A stretch of DNA of 34,575 bases from a virus: positions 1-34,575 of the IMG/VR virus record IMGVR_UViG_3300035670_009674; one strand, given 5' to 3'. This document shows, in pieces, positions 13,698-22,910 of this stretch (within the stretch, counting starts at the first letter, position 1; every line of letters starts with the position of its first letter). Below the pieces are notes generated by a model. It was not told the origin of the DNA. It searched no databases and saw only the letters and a program-made list of their open reading frames with translations. A program made the position numbers and the translations under genes.

Positions 13698-15707
13698 ATG
13701 GGAATCTTTAATTTTTTAAAACCAAAAAAAGCGGCTAGGGTTAATAAACCAAAATCCGCTGTTGTAAAGTCAGGAAGCGAATGGTCAAAGCTTTGGGCTA
13801 TGGCTCAGGAGAATCTTCTCTTCGGAGATAAGGTTTCGAAGCCGTTCGAACAGATAGGTTCAGTTTACAAGGCGATCAGCGCGATTGCAGATAATGTCCC
13901 TCAGGCAGAGCTGGTATTTAAGGAGTGGAAGAGCGAGAAAGAAATTTATCCAGAACCACTCATGTCTCTTTTCGAGAATCCGAATCCTTTGATGTCAGGA
14001 AAGGATTTTGTTCAGGCTGTTGTTGGTTTTATGGCGCTTTACGGCGAGGCTGTGATCGTAAAGACATTGAGCGTTGGGCAGGTGATAGGCGGAAGGAATC
14101 TCCCCGCTGAGCTTTGGCCTTTTAATCCTTCAGATTTTCAAGAGAAGGTTTCTAATGGGAAGATCGTCGGATGGTCCTGCGGATCTCAGACATTCACCCC
14201 TGAAGAGATTATATTCCTAAAAGGCTTCAATCCTTATTCACGGTTTCGCGGTATGGCACCGACAAAGCCGATCGAGAAGATCATCGACATTGACTGGCAA
14301 TCCCTCATTTACAACAAAGCGTTTTTTGATAATGACGCGACTCCTGGATTTGTCCTAACCACTGAGAAGCGGCTTACTGAGCCTCAGATCAAAAGACTCC
14401 AAGAGTGGGTTGATAAAAAACACAAAGGTTCATCAAAAGCTTTTAAAGCTGCGATCTTTGACGACGGGATAACGCCGAAGACAATCAGCGCAAGTCCGAA
14501 GGATATGGATTTCATCGAGCAGAAGAAATTTACGCGTGAAGAGATCCTGGGAATCTGGAGGGCACCCAAGGCGCTATTCAATATTACAGAAGATTTAAAT
14601 TATGCGACCTTTGTCGGGCAGATGAAAGTCTTCTGGCAATACTCTATAGAGCCGATCCTTCGGAAATTTGAAGAGTCTCTTAACAAGTTTATTGTCACTC
14701 CTTATGACCCAAAGATTTATTGTGAGTTTGACACCTCAAATGTCCCGGCCTTTCAAGAAGACTTCGAAAAGAAGGTCACAACCGCTAAGTCTCTGTTTGA
14801 TATGGGTTTTACAGGCAATGAGATCAACGAAAAACTAAAACTAGGTTTCGAGCCGAAAGAATGGCGCGATAAGTGGTGGATCCCGTTTTCCACAGTGCCG
14901 GCCGGCGAGACACTACAGCAGAATCCTGATCCGCAAGAAGACGCGCCTCAAAAATCCAAAACAGTCAGCGATCTTGTGATCTGGAAGGCGTTCTTGAAAA
15001 AGCATGAACCGCTTGAGAACAGATTCGAAAGCAAGTTGAAACGTTATTTCTTCGAGCAGAGAAAAGAAGCTTTAGCTTCTATGAGCGGAGAAAAGTCAGC
15101 TCAAAAACATATCCAGATAACGATTGATTGGCTTAAGCAGGATGAAAAGCTTATTGGTCTTGCAAAGACGTATCTCTACGAATCAATCCTCGAAGGTGTT
15201 GATTTCAGCCGTGAGTTTGCAGGTCAGCAGATCGTTATGGATCGTATCAATCACCGGATCTCGAGTCTCTTAGAGGATAAGACGCGCAAGATCACGCGCG
15301 TAAATGCCACGATACGCGGACAGCTTGAGACGCGTGTTAACGAAGCACTCGAGGCTGGTGCGGCGCAAGGTCAAACGATGCAACAAATATCCGAGACGGT
15401 TAAGGATTCAGTCCGCGGTATTTATAACCTTGCGAACACAAGAGCCCGCGCCATTGCACGCACCGAGATCACAGGCGCTATGAACGGAGGTCAGCTTCTC
15501 TATTACGCTGAAATCGGAGCGCCATACAAACAGTGGGTAACGGCCGGCGATGAAGCTGTGCGAGAGAGCCATAGAATTCTTGAAGGTGAGATGGTGGGCG
15601 TTCATCAAAGATTTGGAAACGGCTTAGACGCTCCTGGTGGAGATGGTCCGGCCGAGGAAGTAATTAATTGCCGTTGTACGCTCATTCCAATTTTTAAAAA
15701 GGAGTAA
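13698..15707 (+). CDS. Portal protein (HK97 family) fused to a Mu F / SPP1 gp7-like head morphogenesis domain
   Basis: The N-terminal ~400 aa show the portal pattern (LFENPNPLMSG..FMALYGEA..., DMDFIEQKKFTREEILGIWRAPKALF). The C-terminus ARTEITGAMNGG..WVTAGDEAVRESHRILEGE..INCRCTLIP is the MuF-domain signature. Confidence 0.85.
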   Translation: MGIFNFLKPKKAARVNKPKSAVVKSGSEWSKLWAMAQENLLFGDKVSKPFEQIGSVYKAISAIADNVPQAELVFKEWKSEKEIYPEPLMSLFENPNPLMSGKDFVQAVVGFMALYGEAVIVKTLSVGQVIGGRNLPAELWPFNPSDFQEKVSNGKIVGWSCGSQTFTPEEIIFLKGFNPYSRFRGMAPTKPIEKIIDIDWQSLIYNKAFFDNDATPGFVLTTEKRLTEPQIKRLQEWVDKKHKGSSKAFKAAIFDDGITPKTISASPKDMDFIEQKKFTREEILGIWRAPKALFNITEDLNYATFVGQMKVFWQYSIEPILRKFEESLNKFIVTPYDPKIYCEFDTSNVPAFQEDFEKKVTTAKSLFDMGFTGNEINEKLKLGFEPKEWRDKWWIPFSTVPAGETLQQNPDPQEDAPQKSKTVSDLVIWKAFLKKHEPLENRFESKLKRYFFEQRKEALASMSGEKSAQKHIQITIDWLKQDEKLIGLAKTYLYESILEGVDFSREFAGQQIVMDRINHRISSLLEDKTRKITRVNATIRGQLETRVNEALEAGAAQGQTMQQISETVKDSVRGIYNLANTRARAIARTEITGAMNGGQLLYYAEIGAPYKQWVTAGDEAVRESHRILEGEMVGVHQRFGNGLDAPGGDGPAEEVINCRCTLIPIFKKE

Positions 15708-15712
15708 TTGAA

Positions 15713-16534
15713 ATGGAAAAAATTCTTAAGGTATTCAGAGCCGAAGTCAAGTCGGTAAACGAAGAAGATTTCTCAGTAGTGGCTTTGGTCTCTACGAAAT
15801 CAATCGATAGAGACGGAGAATCCATTCTCCCTGAGGCATTTAAGAAGCGCCTCAAGATTTATAAAGATCATCCTGTCCTTCTGTCTTCTCACCGTTACGA
15901 CAAGTTGACTCAGCAGATCGGGATGGCTGAGGCTGTGAAGGTGACTGATGAAGGGCTCGAGGCCAAGTTCAAGTATTTCGTCGGTCAGGGGAATCAAGAA
16001 GCTGATTGGGGCTTCAACCTTGTTAAGAACGGCGTCGGCGCGTATTCCGTTGGATTTATCGCTCACGCATGGGAAGACCAGCCGATCAACGAAGACACGA
16101 AAGCCGGGAAGAAGCCGTATCGCGTCTATACAGACGTTGAACTGATCGAAGTGTCCCAGGTGCTTATCCCTTCGAACCGTGATGCGCTATCAAACAGTCT
16201 ATCGGCTGAAGGTGTTGACCCTATCGAAAAGGAAATGTGTGAGCTTGCGATCAAGTCATTCTTTCCTGAAAAAAAGGAAGAAGCTCCTGTTGAATCTCCG
16301 AAAGAAAATCAAGAAGAGAAGTTATTCGAAGCGGTGCAAGCCAAACTGTTGGCAGATCAATCATTTATTGAAAAGTTAGCTGAGTGTATTGCTCAGAAGT
16401 TGTCAGAAAAGAAAAGCTACTTCGACGAGCTTTTTAGCAAGGCGGGCGGTAGCCCTGAAGCTGAGCTTAAGAAAGAGGAAGTCGGAGCAATGCTGAAAAA
16501 TGGAATTCAAAACGTATTTAAGAAAAAGGAATAA
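15713..16534 (+). CDS. Prohead serine protease (HK97/S78-like) with acidic C-terminal scaffold-like tail
   Basis: Motifs SSHRYD, GAYSVGF and LIEVSQVLIPSNRDA. Positioned between the portal and the major capsid genes. Confidence 0.8.
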   Translation: MEKILKVFRAEVKSVNEEDFSVVALVSTKSIDRDGESILPEAFKKRLKIYKDHPVLLSSHRYDKLTQQIGMAEAVKVTDEGLEAKFKYFVGQGNQEADWGFNLVKNGVGAYSVGFIAHAWEDQPINEDTKAGKKPYRVYTDVELIEVSQVLIPSNRDALSNSLSAEGVDPIEKEMCELAIKSFFPEKKEEAPVESPKENQEEKLFEAVQAKLLADQSFIEKLAECIAQKLSEKKSYFDELFSKAGGSPEAELKKEEVGAMLKNGIQNVFKKKE

Positions 16535-16538
16535 TTCA

Positions 16539-17738
16539 ATGTCTGAAGAATTAAAGAAAACGATCGAGGAAGGTCTTTCTGGGGTTAAGACTTTCGTCGA
16601 CGAAAAAGTAGCGCCTCTTGCTACAGAGGTCAAAGCCCTTTCTGAAAAGGTTGAGAAAATCGAGAAGCTCCCGGCTTTTGCGGCTCCTGCAATCAATATG
16701 CTCCCTAAAGAGTATAAGGGTTACAAGCTCAATGAGATGGGTGCCTCTGTCCGCAAGGGATTCGAATCTGATGAGGGGCTTTTCCGCTACAACAAGTGGA
16801 TTGTCGATGTTGTGCGGGCTCTCAAAGGTGATAGCGAGTCTCGTCTGGCTATTAAAGAGCTCCATGCGAAAACCGGCCTTGGCGAAGCTTCTGGCTCAAT
16901 CGGCGGCTATTTGGTCCCGGATGAGTTCTCAAGCGCGATCGTGAAGCTTGCTCGCGAAGCGTCGTTCCTGCTTGCGAACGCCACGGTCCTCAACATGGGC
17001 TCCGATCAGCTTTACGTCCCGACCGAAGCGAGTCTGGCTACTGCTTATTGGCCTGCTGCTGAGAAGACTGCTCCCACAAAGAGCGATCCTTCTTTCGGCC
17101 AGGTCAGTTTGACTGCCAGAAAGCTTGGCATTCTGACGAACCCGGTAGGCAATGAGTTGCTGGCTGATTCTGCCATCGACATTTCTGCATTGCTAACCGA
17201 GCAGTTTGCCTATGCTCAGGCTCTTGAGTTGGACAACCAGGCTCTTAACGGCACCGGGTTTCCTTGCAGTGGTGTTTTGACCGCCGCTGCTGGTTATTCG
17301 GTCGTTATGACTCTGGCGAACTTCTCAAGCATTTCTGCTGACAACCTCTCTGAGATGATCTCGAAGCTCTCAGGGGCTGATGTGGCGAATGCGAAGTTCG
17401 TGTTTCACAACCTGATTACCCATTACCTCCGGATCCTTAAAGATTCGCAGAATGCTTACATTTATGCGAATCCTGGTCAGGGTGTCCCTGGTACGGTTTG
17501 GGAACTTCCCGCTATCAAGAGCGCAAAGGCTCCGTCGACCACTGGAACGTCGACTGCTTTTGTTTCTCTCGGTAACTGGAAGAATTTTTACGTTGGGAAA
17601 CGGAACGGATCGTTCGTTCTCGATCTTGACCCGTATTCCAATTTCGGAAGTGACGAAACCGTCTTCCGGATGATGTCTCGTTGGGCGTTAGCGATTGGAC
17701 GCTCCACGGCATTCGTTCGTTTGGTCTCTGGTAGCTAA
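16539..17738 (+). CDS. Major capsid protein, HK97 fold, with N-terminal delta-like coiled coil
   Basis: ATG 16539 after AAGGAA. About 400 aa following the protease. GGYLVP.., the P-loop-like region and the C-terminal RWALAIGR pattern are typical of HK97-family capsids. Confidence 0.85.
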   Translation: MSEELKKTIEEGLSGVKTFVDEKVAPLATEVKALSEKVEKIEKLPAFAAPAINMLPKEYKGYKLNEMGASVRKGFESDEGLFRYNKWIVDVVRALKGDSESRLAIKELHAKTGLGEASGSIGGYLVPDEFSSAIVKLAREASFLLANATVLNMGSDQLYVPTEASLATAYWPAAEKTAPTKSDPSFGQVSLTARKLGILTNPVGNELLADSAIDISALLTEQFAYAQALELDNQALNGTGFPCSGVLTAAAGYSVVMTLANFSSISADNLSEMISKLSGADVANAKFVFHNLITHYLRILKDSQNAYIYANPGQGVPGTVWELPAIKSAKAPSTTGTSTAFVSLGNWKNFYVGKRNGSFVLDLDPYSNFGSDETVFRMMSRWALAIGRSTAFVRLVSGS

Positions 17739-17748
17739 TCGCAAAACT

Positions 17749-17774
17749 GACGGGGAGGGGCAACTCTCCCCGTC
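17749..17774 (+). terminator. Stable hairpin after the capsid gene (11-bp stem incl. one G:T wobble, GCAA tetraloop); attenuator or mRNA-stabilising element rather than a full terminator
   Basis: GACGGGGAGGG-GCAA-CTCTCCCCGTC. The downstream T-tract is weak (CTTCC). Confidence 0.5.
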
Positions 17775-17788
17775 TTCCAAAGGGTGAG

Positions 17789-18337
17789 ATGGTAAAAAAA
17801 ATTCTGCTTATAGGGTCTGCCGGTTATGTAAAGGATTGGTATGCTGAAAACGGCTCCAAGTATTTATCGGCCGGTTTCTCTCTTTACGCGCTTAATAACG
17901 CGTGGGCTGTTGATCCTGAGAATCTTAAAGTTTGGCTTCGCGCGGAAGACTTTTTTGATATCCCGACAAGTCTTAAACCGAAAGATGAAGACCGGAATAA
18001 ATGGACAGTCATTACTCGTTGGAATGATGTTCCTTTTTTCTACACCAATCGGCGCGGCGGAACCATGCTTCTGAATGCTTTGTGCCATTTGATGAACGAA
18101 GCGTTTTACAACAAACATTCGCTTTTTATAGCGATAGCTGGCGCAGACCAGACTTACGGCGGACCGAAAGATTGGTTTTATGGAACCGGCACTCCAGATC
18201 CTATGAAATTCGGGAAAGAATTCATTCAGGAAAGCCTTCAGCACATCAAATATGCCTCTGAAAAGCTTGGACACACTATTGTCAACGTAGGCGAACAAGC
18301 AGAAACGCTTCTGCCTTTTGCGAGGTTTTCGCTGTGA
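17789..18337 (+). CDS. Hypothetical Rossmann-like protein, first gene of the modification cassette
   Basis: 182 aa with AGGGTGA RBS. The N-terminus MVKKILLIGSAGY..LYALNNAW loosely recalls the GxGxS..N/D pattern of DUF115/Maf or GT42-type sugar transferases. No secure family call. Confidence 0.65.
   Translation: MVKKILLIGSAGYVKDWYAENGSKYLSAGFSLYALNNAWAVDPENLKVWLRAEDFFDIPTSLKPKDEDRNKWTVITRWNDVPFFYTNRRGGTMLLNALCHLMNEAFYNKHSLFIAIAGADQTYGGPKDWFYGTGTPDPMKFGKEFIQESLQHIKYASEKLGHTIVNVGEQAETLLPFARFSL
17866..17902 (+). repeat. 37-nt dispersed repeat copy 2 (partner at 11309..11345)
   Basis: ATCGGCCGGTTTCTCTCTTTACGCGCTTAATAACGCG. Here it is read as LSAGFSLYALNNA. Confidence 0.95.
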
Positions 18338-19143
18338 TTAAGAGCGCGGTCCTTTTTATAACGATGCTTTGCAATTATTCCTGCCCGTATTGCTGGGAAT
18401 CGATCATGCGGAAAGAGGGAAAATTCAAACCGGAACCGCTGAGGCCAGCCGAAGAATGGGTAAAAGCGATAAACAAGATCAAGCCGCAGCTGCTCGATAT
18501 AACTGGCGGCGAGCCGACACTTATGCCTGATTTTGTCGACATGATAGAGAAGTTGGATCCAACAATTAAGGTTGCTTTTACCACCAATCTTTCTGGGTCT
18601 ATGCACGAGCTGGTTCGGAGGATCAGGCCGGATCGCGTCACGTCAATAACCGTTTCTTTTCACCCGACCCATAAAGGCGTTGATCTCAATGGATTTACAG
18701 CCAAAGCGGTTGACCTTGTGAATGCCGGTTTTCAAGTAACTGTTAATTATGTGGCTTGGCCTGGGCAGATGGACTTGATTCCTATGCTGAAACAGCATTT
18801 CGAGCATAAAGGGATTCGTTTTCATATCGATCCGTTCAGCTTTGTTGGGTTTGAATACGACGAAACCCAAAAAGAATTTTTAAAGCCATACATTGAAAAA
18901 GATCGTCTTCCTGACGCCCAAAAAGGCGACCTCCATAAATGCTCTGGCGGGATGGATCATTTGAACATTCAGCCGAACGGCGATGCGTACAGATGTATTT
19001 TGGACAAACAGATTAATGAGGAAGCGTGTGTTGGGAATATCTTCGATGAAGACTTTAAGCCTATTGACGGAGAAACGCTTTGCTCTCATAGGTATCAATG
19101 CCCTGGGTGCGATAAGGACAAGGTTAAGGTGGAAAAGATATGA
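18334..19143 (+). CDS. Radical SAM enzyme with SPASM/twitch-like C-terminal Cys-rich domain
   Basis: CNYSCPYC (CxxxCxxC) at residues 13-20. GGEPTL SAM-binding motif. C-terminal CSGGMDHLNIQPNGDAYRC..VGNI..C..YQCPGC. GTG start in a GTGA overlap with the upstream gene. Confidence 0.85.
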   Translation: MIKSAVLFITMLCNYSCPYCWESIMRKEGKFKPEPLRPAEEWVKAINKIKPQLLDITGGEPTLMPDFVDMIEKLDPTIKVAFTTNLSGSMHELVRRIRPDRVTSITVSFHPTHKGVDLNGFTAKAVDLVNAGFQVTVNYVAWPGQMDLIPMLKQHFEHKGIRFHIDPFSFVGFEYDETQKEFLKPYIEKDRLPDAQKGDLHKCSGGMDHLNIQPNGDAYRCILDKQINEEACVGNIFDEDFKPIDGETLCSHRYQCPGCDKDKVKVEKI

Positions 19144-19277
19144 AGCGGAAACGGAAGTCTTTTTACAAATGCCCAAAGTGCTTGAGAGAGAGAATTTGGG
19201 AGCCCGCGAGTTTTGTGCTTTGCGATCATTGTTTAGTGACGATGACTGAGTTTAAAAAAGGAATTGTGACGAAATGA
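19140..19277 (+). CDS. 45-aa Cys-rich ORF (CPKC..x18..CDHC): zinc ribbon or candidate peptide substrate
   Basis: ATGA overlaps on both sides (19140-19143 and 19274-19277). AAGGTGGA RBS. Translation MKRKRKSFYKCPKCLRERIWEPASFVLCDHCLVTMTEFKKGIVTK. Below the ORF-track cutoff. Confidence 0.55.
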   Translation: MKRKRKSFYKCPKCLRERIWEPASFVLCDHCLVTMTEFKKGIVTK

Positions 19278-20371
19278 TCGCTGTTGACTGGAGAACAAAA
19301 CCTAATTCGCTTGTGGGGAATGCTTTTGGCTACAACGTGCACAACAGCCAAATGATGAAGCATGCCGCTAAGTATCTCGAGCTGAGGGATGACGCCGAGA
19401 TCGCGCTTACGATAACTCCGGCGGACCAATTCATCCCCGTCCCAGGGAAGTTTAATATCCTGTTTACGATGTGGGAATTCCAAGATATTCCGCAAACATA
19501 TATCCGCGGGTTGAATGCTGCTGATCTGATTTTGGTCCCGTGCCGATTCTGCAAGGATATTTTTAAGCGCTACACGACGAAGCCAATTGAAGTTTGTTGG
19601 GAGGGAACGGATCCAGAGGTTTTTAAATACCACGAAAGGAAAGCCGGGACGCCGTTCCGTTTCCTTTGGGTCGGTGCTCCGAACCCGAGAAAAGGCTACC
19701 CGCTTGTCCTTGAGGCAATAAAAGTTTTTGAGCATACGCCTGATATCGAAATCTATTTGAAAACGACGGTTCCAAAAATCAATTGGTTTGAATTTTTCGT
19801 CAATGTCTGGCGCAAGCGAAAAGCGATTATGAACCAAGATGGAAAACGTGTGAGCTTTAAAAGAATGCTTCGCCGGATTCCACGGCCACAATTGGCTGAT
19901 AAGGTCTATCGGTACGGAAAGCATAAAAACATTATTTTTGATACAAGAAAGCTCTCGACCAATGAATTGATTGATCTCTACAACTCAGCTCACTGTTTTA
20001 TTCTTCCGAGCTTTGGCGAAGGATGGGGGCTGACTCTTTGCGAGGCTATGGCGACAGGCGCGCCGGCAATCGCCTGCGAACATACCGGGATGAAAGATTT
20101 CTTCGACGATATGGTCGGTTATCCGATTAAGTGGAATCTCATGCCTCAAGATTTAGTGAATTACAAGCTGAGAACGACTGGCTGTGTTCCTGATACGCAA
20201 AGCTTTTTACAGCAGATGTTCGAGGTTATCAAAAATTATCCTCTGGCCTTGCAAAAAGGCAAGAGAGCAAGTGAGCGGATACTTTCAAAATTTACTTGGG
20301 ATATATCGGCTAAGCGGCTTGCTGAAATCATAGGGAGATATAAATGTCAATCATTACGAAAAGCGATGTAA
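19274..20371 (+). CDS. GT-B fold glycosyltransferase, family 1/GT4-like
   Basis: FRFLWVGAPNPRKG, then ILPSFGEGWGLTLCEAMATGAPAIA (E-x7-E region), characteristic of Glycos_transf_1. Confidence 0.85.
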   Translation: MIAVDWRTKPNSLVGNAFGYNVHNSQMMKHAAKYLELRDDAEIALTITPADQFIPVPGKFNILFTMWEFQDIPQTYIRGLNAADLILVPCRFCKDIFKRYTTKPIEVCWEGTDPEVFKYHERKAGTPFRFLWVGAPNPRKGYPLVLEAIKVFEHTPDIEIYLKTTVPKINWFEFFVNVWRKRKAIMNQDGKRVSFKRMLRRIPRPQLADKVYRYGKHKNIIFDTRKLSTNELIDLYNSAHCFILPSFGEGWGLTLCEAMATGAPAIACEHTGMKDFFDDMVGYPIKWNLMPQDLVNYKLRTTGCVPDTQSFLQQMFEVIKNYPLALQKGKRASERILSKFTWDISAKRLAEIIGRYKCQSLRKAM

Positions 20372-20898
20372 AGACTTTTTTAAACATCAGCACGTCAACG
20401 GACGACACGTTGCTCGATACGCTGATCGCTTGCGCTGAGGCTGACGCTATTGCGAATGTCGGACGGTGCATTTCTACAGCCGCTTCTACTTATCTCGAAT
20501 ATTACAACGGTGATGGCACTCCTAGACTCTTATTGAAAAATTACCCGATTCAGTCTGTCCAACACCTTTACGACGATACGGATCGTCTTTATGCCGCTGA
20601 TTCTGAAATAGCTGCCGCTGATTTCACTATCCACGGGGACCAGGGGATCATTGAGCTTGACCGAGGATTCCTCTTCGCCGAGGGGAATCAGAATATCAAG
20701 GTCCAATACACGGCCGGCTTTGCCACTGTGCAGCAGGACATCAAGCTCGCGCTTATCAAGCTTGTTATGGCGGAGTATCTCTCAATCAAAACTCGCATGA
20801 ATACAGTTAAAGACGATGAGATAGGAAGCAAGGTAAAACTTTTACGAGAAGACGCTGAAAAGATTTTGGACAGATACAGGAGTATTCGCAGTGATTGA
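20344..20898 (+). CDS. Head-tail connector (gp6-like)
   Basis: ITKSDVKTFLNISTSTDDTLLDTLIACAEA is the typical N-terminus of gp6-like connector proteins. GGGAGA RBS. Confidence 0.75.
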   Translation: MSIITKSDVKTFLNISTSTDDTLLDTLIACAEADAIANVGRCISTAASTYLEYYNGDGTPRLLLKNYPIQSVQHLYDDTDRLYAADSEIAAADFTIHGDQGIIELDRGFLFAEGNQNIKVQYTAGFATVQQDIKLALIKLVMAEYLSIKTRMNTVKDDEIGSKVKLLREDAEKILDRYRSIRSD

Positions 20899-21496
20899 AA
20901 TGACGCTTAATCAAACGCAGCGCTATCAAGTGGAGAAACTTTTGTCTAAAGGCGCCGCTGAAAAAATGAGCATCGTTTTGTTTAGAGCGTTTCAGAGGAT
21001 CGGAGAAGAAACGGCAAATATTGTGAAGTCAAATTTATCCGGAAGAATTTTGAATACACGGACAGGACATTTGCGAGTTAAGACGGAATCAAAAGTAGTG
21101 TCTACAAGCGATAACATCACAGCGACTATTGGCAGCGGAGTTAGGACAGGTGGCAGGCTTCCTTACGCGGAGATCCACGAAACTGGTGGAGTGATCCGGC
21201 CCAAGAGAGGTAAACACCTCACAATCCCAATGGCAGCTGCACTTACGGCCGCAGGTGTTCCTAGATTCACAGCTCGTCAAGTTTTCAGCGGTCAGACTCC
21301 TTATGACAAAGGCGCGGTTATAGGGAAAACAGTTTTTGGAATTATGAAAGGCGAGAAACCTACTCCGCTTTTCTCGCTTGTAAAAAGTGTGACTATTCCA
21401 GCCAGAAGGTACATGTCTCGTTCGCTTGAGGAAATTGAGAATCGCGTCACTTCGATAATTAAAGAATCAATTGCTAAACAATTGGAGCTCGCATGA
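20891..21496 (+). CDS. Head-tail joining / head-closure protein (HK97 gp10-like)
   Basis: Position and the YAEIHETGG motif. The start may be GTG 20891 or ATG 20900. Confidence 0.6.
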   Translation: MIEMTLNQTQRYQVEKLLSKGAAEKMSIVLFRAFQRIGEETANIVKSNLSGRILNTRTGHLRVKTESKVVSTSDNITATIGSGVRTGGRLPYAEIHETGGVIRPKRGKHLTIPMAAALTAAGVPRFTARQVFSGQTPYDKGAVIGKTVFGIMKGEKPTPLFSLVKSVTIPARRYMSRSLEEIENRVTSIIKESIAKQLELA

Positions 21497-21933
21497 GTAC
21501 GCAAGAGGATGTTTTTAGCGGGCTCAAGACGCTTCTTGAAAATGACGCAACGCTCAAGACGTATGTAAAAACCGTCTGGGACGGTGTAAAAAATTCTGTT
21601 CCTAATTTCCCGATGATCGTTTTAGAGCCTTTAAACAAATCTGAATCAGATGATGTTTATGACAGGCAAGAAATTCGTCTGCAAGTCGCTGTGGTTGGGT
21701 ATATCGAATGCCTTGATGTTGATAAACAGATAATCGGCGACACCAACACTAAAGGAATATTTAACTTTGAGAATGATTTAATAAAAGCCATTTCAGCCGA
21801 TCGCACGCTCGGCGGATATGCAATACACACTTACTTGAAAAACACCAAGTATGAATTTGTTGAATACCCGATTAGAAGTTTTTCGCTTGAATGCGAAATC
21901 CTTTTTAGGCAGGGGTCAACGAGTAGAACTTAA
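21493..21933 (+). CDS. Tail completion / tail terminator-like protein
   Basis: 146 aa, ATGA overlap, positioned immediately before the tail tube gene. Confidence 0.55.
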   Translation: MSTQEDVFSGLKTLLENDATLKTYVKTVWDGVKNSVPNFPMIVLEPLNKSESDDVYDRQEIRLQVAVVGYIECLDVDKQIIGDTNTKGIFNFENDLIKAISADRTLGGYAIHTYLKNTKYEFVEYPIRSFSLECEILFRQGSTSRT

Positions 21934-21950
21934 CAAAAGGAGAGAAAAAA

Positions 21951-22910
21951 ATGTTTCTATCAAAAAATAAACTCCTCCTCATAAAAGAGGAGACAACGGA
22001 AGGGCAGGACGCTAGCCCAACTCCTGCCGCTAATGCGATTGAAGCAAAGGGTATAAAGATCGAATATCTCGGCGAGCTTTTAGAAAGAGACTTGCTGAGG
22101 TCCACTTTCTCAAACAATGCTCCACTCATGGGACAGCGAAATATTGAGCTGTCTTTCACGATGGAAGTGAAGGGAAGCGGGACTTCTGGTACGGCACCAA
22201 AAATCGGCGACATGCTCGAAGCTTGTGGTTTTTCGGAGCATATCGGAGCAGCCGGTGGATCCAGCTCGGTTGTTTATAAACCTGCTTCTTCGGGGATCAA
22301 GTCGGTCACGATTTACCTCTATGAAATGCAGGATACCGGGAATTGCCGTCTGCACAAGATCACCGGGGCTCGTGGGTCTGTATCTTACAACTTTGAAGCT
22401 GGGAAGATTGCGACGGCAGAGTTTAAGGTGCAGGGGCTTTACAACGATCCTACCGATGTCGCTGTTCCGACCGGATCCGCGTTTGAAAGCACTGTCCCTC
22501 CGATCGTTGAGTCTTCGCTTTTTACTCTGAATTCTTCAGACGATCTCGTCGCAAGTGCAGTGAAAATCGATATGAACAACGAGATCGCAAAGCGTGAAGA
22601 TCTTAACAGCGCCACAGGTCTTCTTGGTTTCATAATCACTGGAAGAAAACCGAGCGGGTCGTTTAATCCGGAAGCGCTTCTTAAAGCGACTTACGATTTC
22701 CATACTGATTGGAAAAATGCGACCGCAAGAGCGTTAAGCATTGCTCTTGGAGCTGCTGCCGGCAACGGCAATCATCTCGTTGTAACGGCTCCCAAGCTTG
22801 TGCTTGAGAAGATCGGCGAAGGCGAGAGGGCTGGAATCCGAACCGAAGATATTCCGTTCCGTTTGGCTGTCAATTCGGCGGATGACGAAATCGAACTGAA
22901 GTTTACATAA
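21951..22910 (+). CDS. Major tail (tube) protein
   Basis: 319 aa with strong AGGAG RBS. Positioned directly upstream of the G/GT chaperone pair. Confidence 0.7.
   Translation: MFLSKNKLLLIKEETTEGQDASPTPAANAIEAKGIKIEYLGELLERDLLRSTFSNNAPLMGQRNIELSFTMEVKGSGTSGTAPKIGDMLEACGFSEHIGAAGGSSSVVYKPASSGIKSVTIYLYEMQDTGNCRLHKITGARGSVSYNFEAGKIATAEFKVQGLYNDPTDVAVPTGSAFESTVPPIVESSLFTLNSSDDLVASAVKIDMNNEIAKREDLNSATGLLGFIITGRKPSGSFNPEALLKATYDFHTDWKNATARALSIALGAAAGNGNHLVVTAPKLVLEKIGEGERAGIRTEDIPFRLAVNSADDEIELKFT

Noticed and set aside
17841-18074. Alternative-frame 77-aa ORF inside gene 17789-18337 that shares RPVS[IL]FTRLITR with the cupin N-terminus
   Set aside because: I did not call it as a gene. The similarity is fully explained by the 37-nt DNA repeat, and the remainder is low-complexity. 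It is kept as an open question within the repeat finding because an AAGGA precedes its ATG.
19226-19924. 232-aa minus-strand ORF
   Set aside because: It is antisense to the glycosyltransferase gene, which has clear family motifs. The minus-strand ORF has no RBS and would be opposite in orientation to the whole late operon.
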